DNA of 63,498 bases, filler included. It is 5 parts of 5 records of this genome, joined end to end, with 100 filler letters (N's around TTAATTAATTAA, not from the genome) between each part and the next. Parts side by side here need not be neighbours in the genome. Positions count along the whole stretch, not along the records: positions 34,337 to 60,005 come from SRR20825010_5815; positions 60,106 to 63,498 come from SRR20825010_5841; 3 more parts are not named here. One strand, 5' to 3'. Position numbers and translations under genes: made by a program. The notes beneath the pieces were generated by a model. The model saw only the letters and a program-made list of their open reading frames with translations, was not told the DNA's origin and made no database searches. This document shows, piece after piece, positions 51,480 through 61,646 of this stretch (positions are counted from its first letter, which is position 1; every line of letters starts with the position of its first letter).

Positions 51480-52943
51480 ATGACGAAACCAAGAGAGCTT
51501 TCTGTGCGGTGCGATCGTTTTCTAAGCCAGATGGCATTGGCAATGCTGTTCGTTTTGGTTGGTACGGCCGGATTTCATCACGCCGCCGCTGAGGACGCGG
51601 TTGCATCGCCGCGAAACGAAAAAACCAATGTCCTTTTCATCTTCGCTGATGACTGGGGGTGGGGAGATTTGTCTTGTCATGGTCATCCCTATGTGCGAAC
51701 CCCAAACATTGATCGGTTGGCCCGCGAGGGGACGGACTTTGAACGATTCACAGTTGCCAGTGGTGTTTGCTCGCCCAGTCGAACGGCCGTGATGACCGGG
51801 CACTTTCCGGCTCGGCACAACATCGACGGCCACTTTGCTTGGGTGCCCAGCAACGCGAAACGCAACATGCCGGATTGGTTGGATCCCAGCGCCGTCACGC
51901 TGCCTCGATTGTTGCAATCGGGCGGCTACAAAACGGCTCACTTTGGCAAGTGGCACCTGTCCAACGACATGATCCCGGATTCGCCCACGCCCGCGGCGTA
52001 TGGATACGATCGATATGGCGCATTCAATTGTTCGGGCGAGCAGATGCCTGTCCACGAGGATGCCAATGAAACGATCCGATTCATCGAAGAGGCTCATTCC
52101 AAAGGCGATCCGTTCTTTGTGAACTTGTGGGTCCATGAACCCCACACGCCATTTCATGTGATTCCAAAGTACCGTTGGCGTTTTCGTGACAGTGGACTGA
52201 GTGAAGCCGATGAAATTTATGCTGCGGTGTTGTCGCACGCGGACGATCGCATTGGTGAAGTCTTGGACGCTTTGGATCGGTTGGAATTGACAAACGAGAC
52301 GTTGGTCATCTTCAGTTCCGACAACGGGCCGGCTCGCGGATCAGCCAATGCCAAGTTGGAATTGAGTTACGACACCGCGACGGGAGCGGGCTTTGGCATC
52401 GGTGCATCGAAGGGAATCACCGCAGGACGCAAAGGGTACAAAGCGTCGCTGTTTGAAGGAGGCATCAATGTTCCGTTCATCGTGCGTTGGCCAGGCAAAG
52501 TTGCGGCGGGCAAGAACAACGATTCAGCGATGATCAGCGCGGTGGATCTGTTGCCGACGTTTTGTGACATCGCCGGCGTCGAATTGCCCTCGGCGTATCA
52601 GCCCGACGGCATCAGCCAGGTATCGGCATTGAAGGGGCAACCAACGACGGGACGCACCAAGCCTTTGTTTTGGAAGTACAGTGCTCGCTGGCCAGCCCAG
52701 AAAACTCGTCCGCATCACTGGGCCTCGTACTGCGTGGTGAATGAACGTTGGAAGCTTCTGGCGAACCAAGATTCAAGCTACGTCGAGTTGTATGACATCG
52801 TGTCCGACCCGTTCGAGTCGACCGACCTGAAGGAAACGCAACCGGATGCCGTCACGAAGCTGTCAAAACAATTGACCGACTGGAAAGCCTCGCTACCGGA
52901 GTCGCCGGATTCGAAGCTGTTCTCCAGCCTTCGCGACAACTGA
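51480..52943 (+). CDS. Formylglycine-dependent (S1) sulfatase
   Basis: ADDWGWGDL, CSPSR, GKWHL, SSDNG. Confidence 0.93.
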   Translation: MTKPRELSVRCDRFLSQMALAMLFVLVGTAGFHHAAAEDAVASPRNEKTNVLFIFADDWGWGDLSCHGHPYVRTPNIDRLAREGTDFERFTVASGVCSPSRTAVMTGHFPARHNIDGHFAWVPSNAKRNMPDWLDPSAVTLPRLLQSGGYKTAHFGKWHLSNDMIPDSPTPAAYGYDRYGAFNCSGEQMPVHEDANETIRFIEEAHSKGDPFFVNLWVHEPHTPFHVIPKYRWRFRDSGLSEADEIYAAVLSHADDRIGEVLDALDRLELTNETLVIFSSDNGPARGSANAKLELSYDTATGAGFGIGASKGITAGRKGYKASLFEGGINVPFIVRWPGKVAAGKNNDSAMISAVDLLPTFCDIAGVELPSAYQPDGISQVSALKGQPTTGRTKPLFWKYSARWPAQKTRPHHWASYCVVNERWKLLANQDSSYVELYDIVSDPFESTDLKETQPDAVTKLSKQLTDWKASLPESPDSKLFSSLRDN

Positions 52944-53050
52944 TCTTGTTTGCCAACCTGGGAAATCCGGACGAATTCGAAACGAGCAACGGGGCTGGGC
53001 GATTTGGTGATAGCGTGTGATGCGGCCGGCATACGACGAAGGTCGTTGAT

Positions 53051-54345
53051 TCAGAGATTGTCAGTCAGACGCGATTTCCAGTAGGCGGCTTGGTGATAAA
53101 TGATCCCGCAACTGGAGTTGTGCGAGTAGTCGAAGTTCTGAATCAAATGTTGCAGTCGTTGCTTTTGTTCCGTGTTCAGCGTCGGAGCGTCGACCATCAG
53201 CGGGACCAAGGCTGCTTCGCCCGCTTCTCGGGTTAGGTGCCATACTTCGCGGTACTTTCCCCATTGTGGATTGGCGTATTCGTTTTGGTTGATCCAATGC
53301 TCCGCTTGACGCCAATCGGGACCGAGCATTCGCATCTCTTCGGAAGTCTTGCGCGAGAGCTGGACCGTGACGTGTGCCGATCGCTCCTCTGCGATGCTTG
53401 CCAGATGACGCATCACGGCTTGGATGCTTGTTTTTAGCTTTGGATCGGGCTCCAATTCATGCAGCAATTCAAGAGAACATTGCATTTGCAAAATCGCATA
53501 CGCAGGCGTGTTCTTGTCGGGATTGGCGGAGTGCTTCACCGCGTCGGCGACATAGTGTCGCCACAGCTGACGATATTTTTCGTCTCGAGTGACATCCCAT
53601 GCGGCGGCGTAGATCATGGGTAAGCGAGCGGCTTCGTGAGCCTGCACATTCCACATGCGGCAGATGCCCAGCGGACAGCGTTTTCCATCGGCGCGACAAA
53701 AATCGAAGTCGTTTTCCGGCGTCACGAATTCAATCATGCGATCCGCAACCGCCGCAAGAACTTCGCGAATTTCGGATCGAGTCGCTTCGTCTGAAAGCGG
53801 ACTTCGATAGTACTTCCAAAGTCCATGCACTCCGTGCGTGTATTGATCTCGAGACGAATTGATGTAAATGCTTTTGCGATCTTCGTTACAGACATTTCGG
53901 GCAAGGAATCCGGGGACGCCGTGCACGGTGGCGCAGCGATGCAATCCGCGGAACACTTGCTTCGCTTTTTCACGAAGTGGCTCTTCGTTGGTCACCTCGT
54001 ATCGGTCCGCAAGGATGCTGAGCATGGCGCCGCCCAGGATCATGCCGTCTTCCATTCCGGTGCTGTAGCCGCATGGATTGGGGTACTGACGCCGGACTTC
54101 TTCGGCGGTGGGCAGGTGAGCCAATTCTTGTCCTTGTTCATAACTGTGAGGTAGTCAGCAAATGTCTGCACGTCGTCCTGAAAGAATCTGTCCCAGGTGA
54201 CAGCCCACGCTTGATCCATTTGGGATTTCAAAGCATCAGGCGGAAGTGAGGAGGCGTTCTGTGCCGCGAGTGGTCGGGCGTCTGCAAGGAGATTCCACGA
54301 CGCGCAAGTCAAGAGGAATGCGAGAAGGAAACGAAGGGTGGGCAT
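53051..54345 (-). pseudogene. Exported hypothetical protein split by a single-base frameshift near 54145
   Basis: Signal-peptide ORF MPTLRF...FADYL continues as SYEQGQELAHLPT... in the adjacent frame. Confidence 0.65.
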
Positions 54346-54403
54346 GTTGGTCTCTCGAGTGCAAAGGCGGTCGGGCATACTGAGGTCATTCGGTTGAGAA
54401 ACG

Positions 54404-54901
54404 TTACTCGACGAGCGACCGAATTTGCATGGAGACCGTCTTTCCACTGTCCAGCTGTCGAGTGCCAACGGGAATGAAACCCGTCGACTTGTGGAAGTGG
54501 AGCGATGCGTCATTGGCAGGTTCTGAATCGATTTCCGCACAGATGTGCAAAGCCCCCAGTCGCTTCGAATCATCAAACGCTCGCAAGTACAGGGCACGGC
54601 CAACGCCAAGACCACGGAACTCTTTTGATACCACGACCCGGTCAATGTAAACGAAGTCTTCGTGGCGTTCGGAGAACCACTGGAAGTTGCCGTTGTCGTA
54701 TGCCGCGCCGTCAGGCATCGCGAGCAGGAATCCGGCAAGTTGTCCGTCGACTTCCGCCGCGAGTTTCAGATTGCTGAGTTCGTACAGCGTTGCGAACCGT
54801 TCGGCATCCATGGGACTGGTGAGTGCGACGACAGCTTCGTTCAATTCAACGGCCGCGGAGGAGTCTTGAACGGTCAGGTCTCGGATCGAGAGAGCGTTCA
54901 T
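54404..54901 (-). CDS. GNAT-family N-acetyltransferase
   Basis: YIDRVVV...RGLGVGRALY, N..S..FH...GF; ATGA overlap with the RDD gene. Confidence 0.88.
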   Translation of the reverse strand: MNALSIRDLTVQDSSAAVELNEAVVALTSPMDAERFATLYELSNLKLAAEVDGQLAGFLLAMPDGAAYDNGNFQWFSERHEDFVYIDRVVVSKEFRGLGVGRALYLRAFDDSKRLGALHICAEIDSEPANDASLHFHKSTGFIPVGTRQLDSGKTVSMQIRSLVE

Positions 54902-55452
54902 GCAAACTTCCTGGGACGGACGACGCGTGGGTAGGACGGCGCGAGTCCGGTCGCGAAGTAGCGGGTCAGGTGCAACGCGGCGGTGCCCTGCGGTTGCGCG
55001 GTGGATCGCACGACGTATGTACCGCAATAGCAGTCACGCAAGGTTTGCTGTTCGGAGTCCGCACCCAGCCAGATCAAGTCAACGATGAAATTGAACGGAC
55101 CGAACGTCCACATCACCAGCCGGAAGGTCATCCTCGTCAGCGACGGTCGGTTGCCGCGTAAATCGATGATCCGAATTCCGCAAAGCCAGTACCCCACGGT
55201 GCCAAATCGAGATCGTTTCACAACCGTCATGTAAAGCCAAATGAAGGTCAGAAACATGCCAAGGTGCAGTGTGTCTGGGGTTGTCGTGAACTCCAAAGCA
55301 TAAAACACGAGCAAGAGCAAAAGCCAATTGGCCAATCCAATCAAGGACAGAAGCACAGCATCGATCATCATTGCAACCGACCGACGCACAATGCCGGGGT
55401 AAGCGTCGCGATCGAAATACACGCCGTCGCCTAGTGATTTGTCAGTTGGCAT
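54898..55452 (-). CDS. RDD-family membrane protein
   Basis: RR.VA..ID, GTVG..LCGIRI, QTLRD..GTYVV. Confidence 0.85.
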   Translation of the reverse strand: MPTDKSLGDGVYFDRDAYPGIVRRSVAMMIDAVLLSLIGLANWLLLLLVFYALEFTTTPDTLHLGMFLTFIWLYMTVVKRSRFGTVGYWLCGIRIIDLRGNRPSLTRMTFRLVMWTFGPFNFIVDLIWLGADSEQQTLRDCYCGTYVVRSTAQPQGTAALHLTRYFATGLAPSYPRVVRPRKFA

Positions 55453-55805
55453 GAATCATTCGTTGCAGTGGCGGTATCGGTCAACGGATATGTGACGCAC
55501 TAGAGTCGAGGCTCCATTTCGGTGAAGCAGACACAAGATACCCTGCCTTTCCGGGAGCGTGTCGCTGCACCAAATGAGTCGGTTGGCGAGATCGCGGATG
55601 GGTCCGCTTTCCAGACTGCATGGTCGTCGGCGAGTCCACTGCGTCGAATTGCGGTTGGTGAGCTGGACATCGGTGTCGCAAAACGTTTTTGCTGCGTCGC
55701 ATTGGACGGTCGAGTTCATGAGCCATTGAATCACCGTATGCCGTCGCTCAGATCAGATAAGGTATTCCCTCCATCTCCCCTCTTTCAAATCTGCGGTGAA
55801 GTCTC

Positions 55806-57674
55806 ATGTCTCGCTTGCTGACGACTCTGGCATTGGCCACGTGCACCTTTCTCTGTGCGGCTGGTTTCGCTGCTCCGGCGTTCTCGCAAGATCGGCCAGA
55901 GAAGCCGAACGTGGTGTTGCTGTTGGCGGATGACTTGGGGTGGCAAGATGTCGGCTGCTACGACATCGATGAACCGTGTCCTTATGAGACCCCCAACATC
56001 GATCGACTGAGCCAGCAGGGTGTTTTGTTCCGGCAAGCGTATTCGCCGGCGCCAACGTGCGCCCCGTCGAGGGCTGCGATCCTGTCAGGCAAACATCCCG
56101 CGCGGACTCAGAAAACACATGTGGTTGGAGGTGCGCCACCGTCGCCGCACGCCAAAAATTCGCCCCTGATATCACCGTGGTACAGAGGCCGAATGAAGCT
56201 GAGCGAAATCACGATCGCCGAGGCTCTTCGCGAAAACGGGTACCGCACCGGGCATGCGGGAAAATGGCACGTCGCGATCCAGCACTTTGCGTTTCCGCAG
56301 CCCGTGGATCAAGGGTTTGATTTCAGTCTTGCCGAGCGTGGTGTGACTCGTCGAATGCGTCCCGACCGCTTGTCAGGATTCGCAAGCGATGCGGACGACG
56401 ATCCTTACCAACTCGATGAGGATGGATTTCCGTTTCACCAAAACGTGACGAATGCGGTGGAGTTCATGGACGAATCCAAGTCGCAGCCATTCTTTCTATA
56501 CCACGCGACGTACCTGGTGCACGCTCCCATTCACTCTCGATCGGAAAGGTTGCTGAGGAAATACTGCGAAAAGATGAACGTTCCGTTCCCGAGCGATCCG
56601 GACAAATGGGAACTCGAAGGACAACGCAATCCGTTCTACGGTGCGATGGTTGAGATGCTGGATCACTACGTCGGCAAGGTGTTGCGTTACCTCGAGACAA
56701 CGGAAGACCCACGCTGGCCGGGCCACCGACTGAGCGAAAACACGTATGTGATTTTCACGTCGGACAATGGTGGGATGGAGCAGCATCCGGGCGAGATCAT
56801 CACCGACAACTATCCTCTCGACAAAGGCAAAATCAACGCGAAGGAAGGCGGTGTTCGTGTCCCATTGATCATTCGCGGCCCAGGGATCGCACCGGGAACG
56901 GAATCGGATGTGATGGTCAACGGCTTGGATTTCTATCCCACCATTTTGTCCTGGACCGGAACATCCAAACCGGCGCAGCAACATCTCGATGGTGCGGATC
57001 TGTCATCGTTGCTCGCTTCTGATCCGAAAGACGCTTCCATGATCGTTGATCGTGACGGGAAGCCTCGTGATTCAATGTTCTGGCATTTTCCGCACTCATC
57101 GATGCAGTCCACTCTTCGTGTAGGCGGCTACAAGCTGATTCGAAATTGGTCCGATGTGTTGCAAGACGGAAGCAACCCGCTGGAGTTGTACCACCTCTAT
57201 GACGAGCGGAACCAACGCGTGGACATCGAGGAATCCAACAACTTGGCGGCTGAAATGCCTGAGAAAGCAGCGGCGATGAACGAGGAACTGCAAAAGCGTT
57301 TGGATGAAACGGCCGCCAGCCCGCCGTTCCTGAACCCGAATTGTTCGCGCCGCTTGCCGCGTCAAGACCAAGTCTGTGAGGTGTCGGATCACGGACGGGA
57401 TGGAAACACCGTGTGGGCGAAGTTCCAAACGCACGGGGCGAAGGTCGTGAAAGCCAATCTGATCTACACGGACAACGGCGGCGAGCGATACGAGGAATGG
57501 TATCGGACGCCTGCGAAAATCAATGGTGACCGTGTGCAGGTGGAATTGCCCGAAGGTGCGACTCACTACGTTTTCAATCTGATTGATGAGAATCATTACC
57601 TGGTCAGTTACCCGACCATGAGGCTCGGCAAGGATTCATCGGAGAAATATTCGAAGAGAGCGATTGCGAAATAG
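55806..57674 (+). CDS. Formylglycine-dependent (S1) sulfatase with C-terminal extra domain
   Basis: ADDLGWQD, CAPSR, GKWHV, TSDNGG; signal peptide. Confidence 0.93.
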   Translation: MSRLLTTLALATCTFLCAAGFAAPAFSQDRPEKPNVVLLLADDLGWQDVGCYDIDEPCPYETPNIDRLSQQGVLFRQAYSPAPTCAPSRAAILSGKHPARTQKTHVVGGAPPSPHAKNSPLISPWYRGRMKLSEITIAEALRENGYRTGHAGKWHVAIQHFAFPQPVDQGFDFSLAERGVTRRMRPDRLSGFASDADDDPYQLDEDGFPFHQNVTNAVEFMDESKSQPFFLYHATYLVHAPIHSRSERLLRKYCEKMNVPFPSDPDKWELEGQRNPFYGAMVEMLDHYVGKVLRYLETTEDPRWPGHRLSENTYVIFTSDNGGMEQHPGEIITDNYPLDKGKINAKEGGVRVPLIIRGPGIAPGTESDVMVNGLDFYPTILSWTGTSKPAQQHLDGADLSSLLASDPKDASMIVDRDGKPRDSMFWHFPHSSMQSTLRVGGYKLIRNWSDVLQDGSNPLELYHLYDERNQRVDIEESNNLAAEMPEKAAAMNEELQKRLDETAASPPFLNPNCSRRLPRQDQVCEVSDHGRDGNTVWAKFQTHGAKVVKANLIYTDNGGERYEEWYRTPAKINGDRVQVELPEGATHYVFNLIDENHYLVSYPTMRLGKDSSEKYSKRAIAK

Positions 57675-57745
57675 CTCGCCAGCAACGTTTTTCGATCCAA
57701 AGTTGTTCTCCGTCCCCAAATTCCCACCCGTCAAACATCAGTCCT

Positions 57746-60005
57746 ATGAAGTCCTGGTCTCGTCTTCGATGTATGTCAATCCGTTGTGTGCTGTTGGCTC
57801 TCATGGCTGCCTTGTGCGGCGCTGACCCTGCTTCGGCACAACCGAAAGAAACGCTGCCGGCGCTTGTCGAAGGGCGTGCTCCCGAGAATTTCAAAGAGAT
57901 GTGGCGGGGTTTTGATCCTCGACGCGAGCCACTGAACGTGGAGGTTGTGAAAGAATGGGAAGAGGACGGTGTGGTCCTGAAAATCGTTCGCTTTCGGATT
58001 GGTGTTTTCAAAGGACACGAAGCAAAGCTGGCGGCGGTTTATGGGGCTCCCAAAAGTGCCACAAGCTTGCCGGGTTTGGTTCAAATCCACGGCGGTGGTC
58101 AATACGCGGACCACAAGGCCTGCGTTGCCAATGCGAAGCGAGGCTATGCAACCATCTCAATCGCTTGGGCCGGTCGGATCTCAGCACCGGGACATCGGGT
58201 TTCACCTGACGAAGTGAAACTCTTTTGGGATCAGAAAACGGACGATCCCGCGTACAGACTGACCACGGATTGGGGTGTCGTCGATGGCTATCACGCTCCA
58301 TCACGAAATCGTGGCAATCAGTTTCCAAGTGCGAAACCAGCGGAGTGGACGTTGGACGCTGTTGAATCGCCACGAAACAGCGGCTGGTTCTTGTGCGCGA
58401 TGGCGGCACGAAGAGCATTGACGTTTCTGGAATCCCAACCGGAAGTCGACTCGGAACGACTGGGCGTCTATGGGCATTCCATGGGCGGCAAATTGACCGT
58501 CCTGACGGCGGTGGATTCGCGAGTCAAAGCGGCCGCGCCGTCGTGCGGTGGAATCAGCGATCGTTACAACGACAGCGATCTGTTTCGAAAGACGCTGGGC
58601 GATGACGTGAGCCTGCGTGAAATCCAATGCCCGATCATCTTCCTCAGTCCGACGAATGATTTTCATGGACGAATCGGTGATCTGCCCAGTGCGATCAGTG
58701 AGATTCAAAGCAATGATTGGCGGGTGACTTGCTCGCCTCACCACAACCACCAAGACACGCCCGCGTATGAGGCGGCGACGTTGCTTTGGTTCGATCAGCA
58801 TCTGAAGAACGCCTTTCAATTTCCGAAGTCGCCGCGGTTGACGATGGATTGGAACGGTGCCGATGGCGTTCCGAAGGCCGAGGTTCAGGTGGATGTGTCC
58901 ATGCCGATTGAGTCGGTCGACGTGTACTACACCCAAAATGGAAAGCCCGGCGAAACGCCAGCCGACCGAGACGACGTCGTGCATCGATTTTGGCACCATG
59001 CGTCCGCCGTTCAGAGTGGTGATGCCTGGACCGCGAAGATGCCGATCTCCAGTGTGAGCAAACCGTTGTGGGTTTACGCCAACGTGACTTACCAACTGCC
59101 TGAATTGGTGGAAGGTGTTGGCTACTACTACCGAACCTATCGCACCGACGAGGTGAATCTGTCTTCGGTGGTTCAGATGTTTGATGCGGAACAGTTGGTC
59201 ACCGAGGACATCAAAGCGACCAAGCAACGAACGACACTCATCGAAGATTTCGCGAGCGATTGGCAGCATGAATGGTTCACCTATCGACCGGAACAGTGGG
59301 CTCGAACGACGAACAAGTTCAGTGCTGATCAGTACAAGGCTCCCGCCGGGGCGAAACTGGCCGTGGAGGTTCAATCGGGCCAAGCGAATTCGTTGGTGGT
59401 CATGATCGACGGGCATGCAGCAGCGGTCGAGCTTGTAGGAGGTGAAACTTGGCAAACGATCACGTTGTCGCCTGATGATTTTGAGAATGCCGCCGGCGAG
59501 TCGCTCGCTCATTGGGACGGCATCCGGCAACTAAAACTCAGTGACGCCGAGCGACTCAGCAGCGGACGGGGCGAGTCGGCGCACTCACGAATCGTCGGCC
59601 GTCGGTGGAAAGGCGAGCCACCACAATTTCGAAACTTGCGGTGGACAACCCAAACGGTTCGCTCCACTGAACCGAGGTTGGACGTGTTTCCTGCTTCCAC
59701 CGTTGGCGTCAATTCGATCAACGGCGAAACCCACTTCCAGACCGAGTATTCGCCCAGCCCAAGTGTTTGGGACGACCGGATTGATGAAGCGGCGGTCTTT
59801 CAAGTCGAGATGCAGCATCAGCAATCGCCCGCCGATTCGTTTCAGTTGCGGATGGGAAAAGGCGGGCAGATCTATTCGTTGCGGGGCTCGTTTGGTGAAA
59901 GCTTGCCTCCGTCTTGGAGAAAGCCCGGTGACAAGTTGTCGCCTTGGAACGATGAAGTTTGGCAGTTTGTTGCCGTGTGCACTCAGTACAACGGCATCAA
60001 AACGC
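57746..60005 (+). CDS. Exported multidomain alpha/beta-hydrolase (acetyl-xylan-esterase/dienelactone-hydrolase-like), 3'-truncated
   Basis: IHGGG oxyanion loop, GHSMG nucleophile elbow; further beta-rich domains. Confidence 0.8.
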
Positions 60006-60105
60006 NNNNNNNNNNNNNNNNNNNNNNNNNNNNNNNNNNNNNNNNNNNNTTAATTAATTAANNNNNNNNNNNNNNNNNNNNNNNNNNNNNNNNNNNNNNN
60101 NNNNN
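60006..60105. other. Artificial contig spacer
   Basis: N44-TTAATTAATTAA-N44. Confidence 0.99.
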
Positions 60106-60948
60106 CAGTACTGAGCTGCCGTACCATTTGGCAGCAGAAGCGTATAATGGATTGACGGAAGGGCGGCAAAAATGTTCCGGGGCATCCTGATTCAGTCGGA
60201 TTATCATCCGGTCATCCTGTTTATCAATCACCATGTGAAAATCACCAGGGGCGATATAAATATGGCCTCGTTCAATTAACGCCCCGTCTCTGGCTTCAGA
60301 GGTAGGACGTTTTGTATCCCGTTCGATATGCTCAGCCAGGGTCCTCGTAAACAGAGGTGGCATGTGCTGGGCAATCAAAATCGGCAACGAAAATTTTTCT
60401 GGTAACGCAGTCAACATGGTTTTGAGTGCATTCGGCCCACCAGTACTCGAACCAACCACCATCACCATCGGTGTTTTGGCCGGTCGTTGAACGACTGCCG
60501 TCTTAAAACGGGTGTTATCTGACTTGTTTGTGCTATGTTTATTCACTAGCGCTTTGATGAGAGGCAACAGATCCCGAGCAACCTGCTCGATCGCTGCTGC
60601 CGCATTGGTGGCAACAGGCTTGGGAATGCAGCCTGCCGCCCCCAGGTCAAGCGCCTGGAGTGTGACCTCTGCTCCTGCACGTGTCAGAGAACTGGCCATA
60701 ATTACCGGAAGTTCCGGATAATTCTGCTTCAACTGTTTCAGACATGAGATCCCGTCCATGACAGGCATCTCAACATCCAGAACCACAACATCAGCCCAAT
60801 TCGTCTTCAGCCAGGTGAGAGCAGTCTGACCATGCATGGCAGATCCAACCACTTTCACTTCCGCATCGAGATTAATCGCCTGTGTCATCAAGCCCCTTAT
60901 CACAGCTGAGTCATCGACCAGCAGTACCTTGATGATCGAATGGCTCAC
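60106..60948 (-). CDS. cheB: Chemotaxis methylesterase CheB, 3'-truncated
   Basis: Receiver domain (LDVEMP); GSSTGGP, QHMP, RPSV. Confidence 0.95.
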
Positions 60949-61319
60949 AGAACACCTGTTTCTTCCAGTTTGTCCCGAACAATGTCTTCGGTAAACGGCT
61001 TCATGATATATTCATTCGCACCGGCCTGCATGGCCTGTACGATTTGAGGCATATCGTTTTCTGTTGTGCACATCACCACAATCGGCTGCTTCTCACGTGC
61101 ATCAGCCCGTAAAGCCGTCAGAAATTCCATCCCATCCATGATCGGCATGTTCCAGTCGAGCAGAACCGCATCCAGTTCTGGATTCGCACGAGCGACTTCC
61201 AACGCCTGTTTTCCATCCTCGGCTTCCAGAACGTTCAACCCGAACGTTCCCATGATACGTCGTCCCACCAGTCTGACTGCGCGGGAATCGTCTACAAGTA
61301 ATATTGTCTTCATTTTCAC
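60945..61319 (-). CDS. cheY: CheY-like response regulator
   Basis: LVDDS, LDWNMP, MCTTE, YIMKPF. Confidence 0.9.
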   Translation of the reverse strand: MKMKTILLVDDSRAVRLVGRRIMGTFGLNVLEAEDGKQALEVARANPELDAVLLDWNMPIMDGMEFLTALRADAREKQPIVVMCTTENDMPQIVQAMQAGANEYIMKPFTEDIVRDKLEETGVL

Positions 61320-61538
61320 CGGTCTCCCAGTATGTTAAAATAGCTCTATGTTATTAATCTTGACGCCAGACTCAGAGGGAACCGGACTTGCATACAGAAC
61401 TCATTCTGTCCCTGACGTGAAATTAAACTGTCTGAAGGAAGTCTAGGACACGTTTAATGATGTGACGCGAACAAAGCTTAAAATCCTGAAATTTCCGTTA
61501 CTTTGAGCGATTCACCTCATTTGCCTCTATATCCAAAT

Positions 61539-61590
61539 AAAAACCGCCAGGCTAAACCGATGTTTTGAAACACATGTCTACCCTGGCGGT
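61539..61590 (-). terminator. Probable terminator after the chemoreceptor
   Basis: ACCGCCAGG...CCTGGCGG followed by T5 on the minus strand; long internal loop. Confidence 0.5.
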
Positions 61591-61646
61591 AATGACGATT
61601 TTTAGTATTGCAGAACCTGGACTGTCAGGCGCTGCAGTACAGCGGA

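Noticed and set aside
55456-55821. 80-100-aa ORFs between the RDD gene and sulfatase 2
   Set aside because: No RBS or motifs; the region is better explained as divergent promoter DNA
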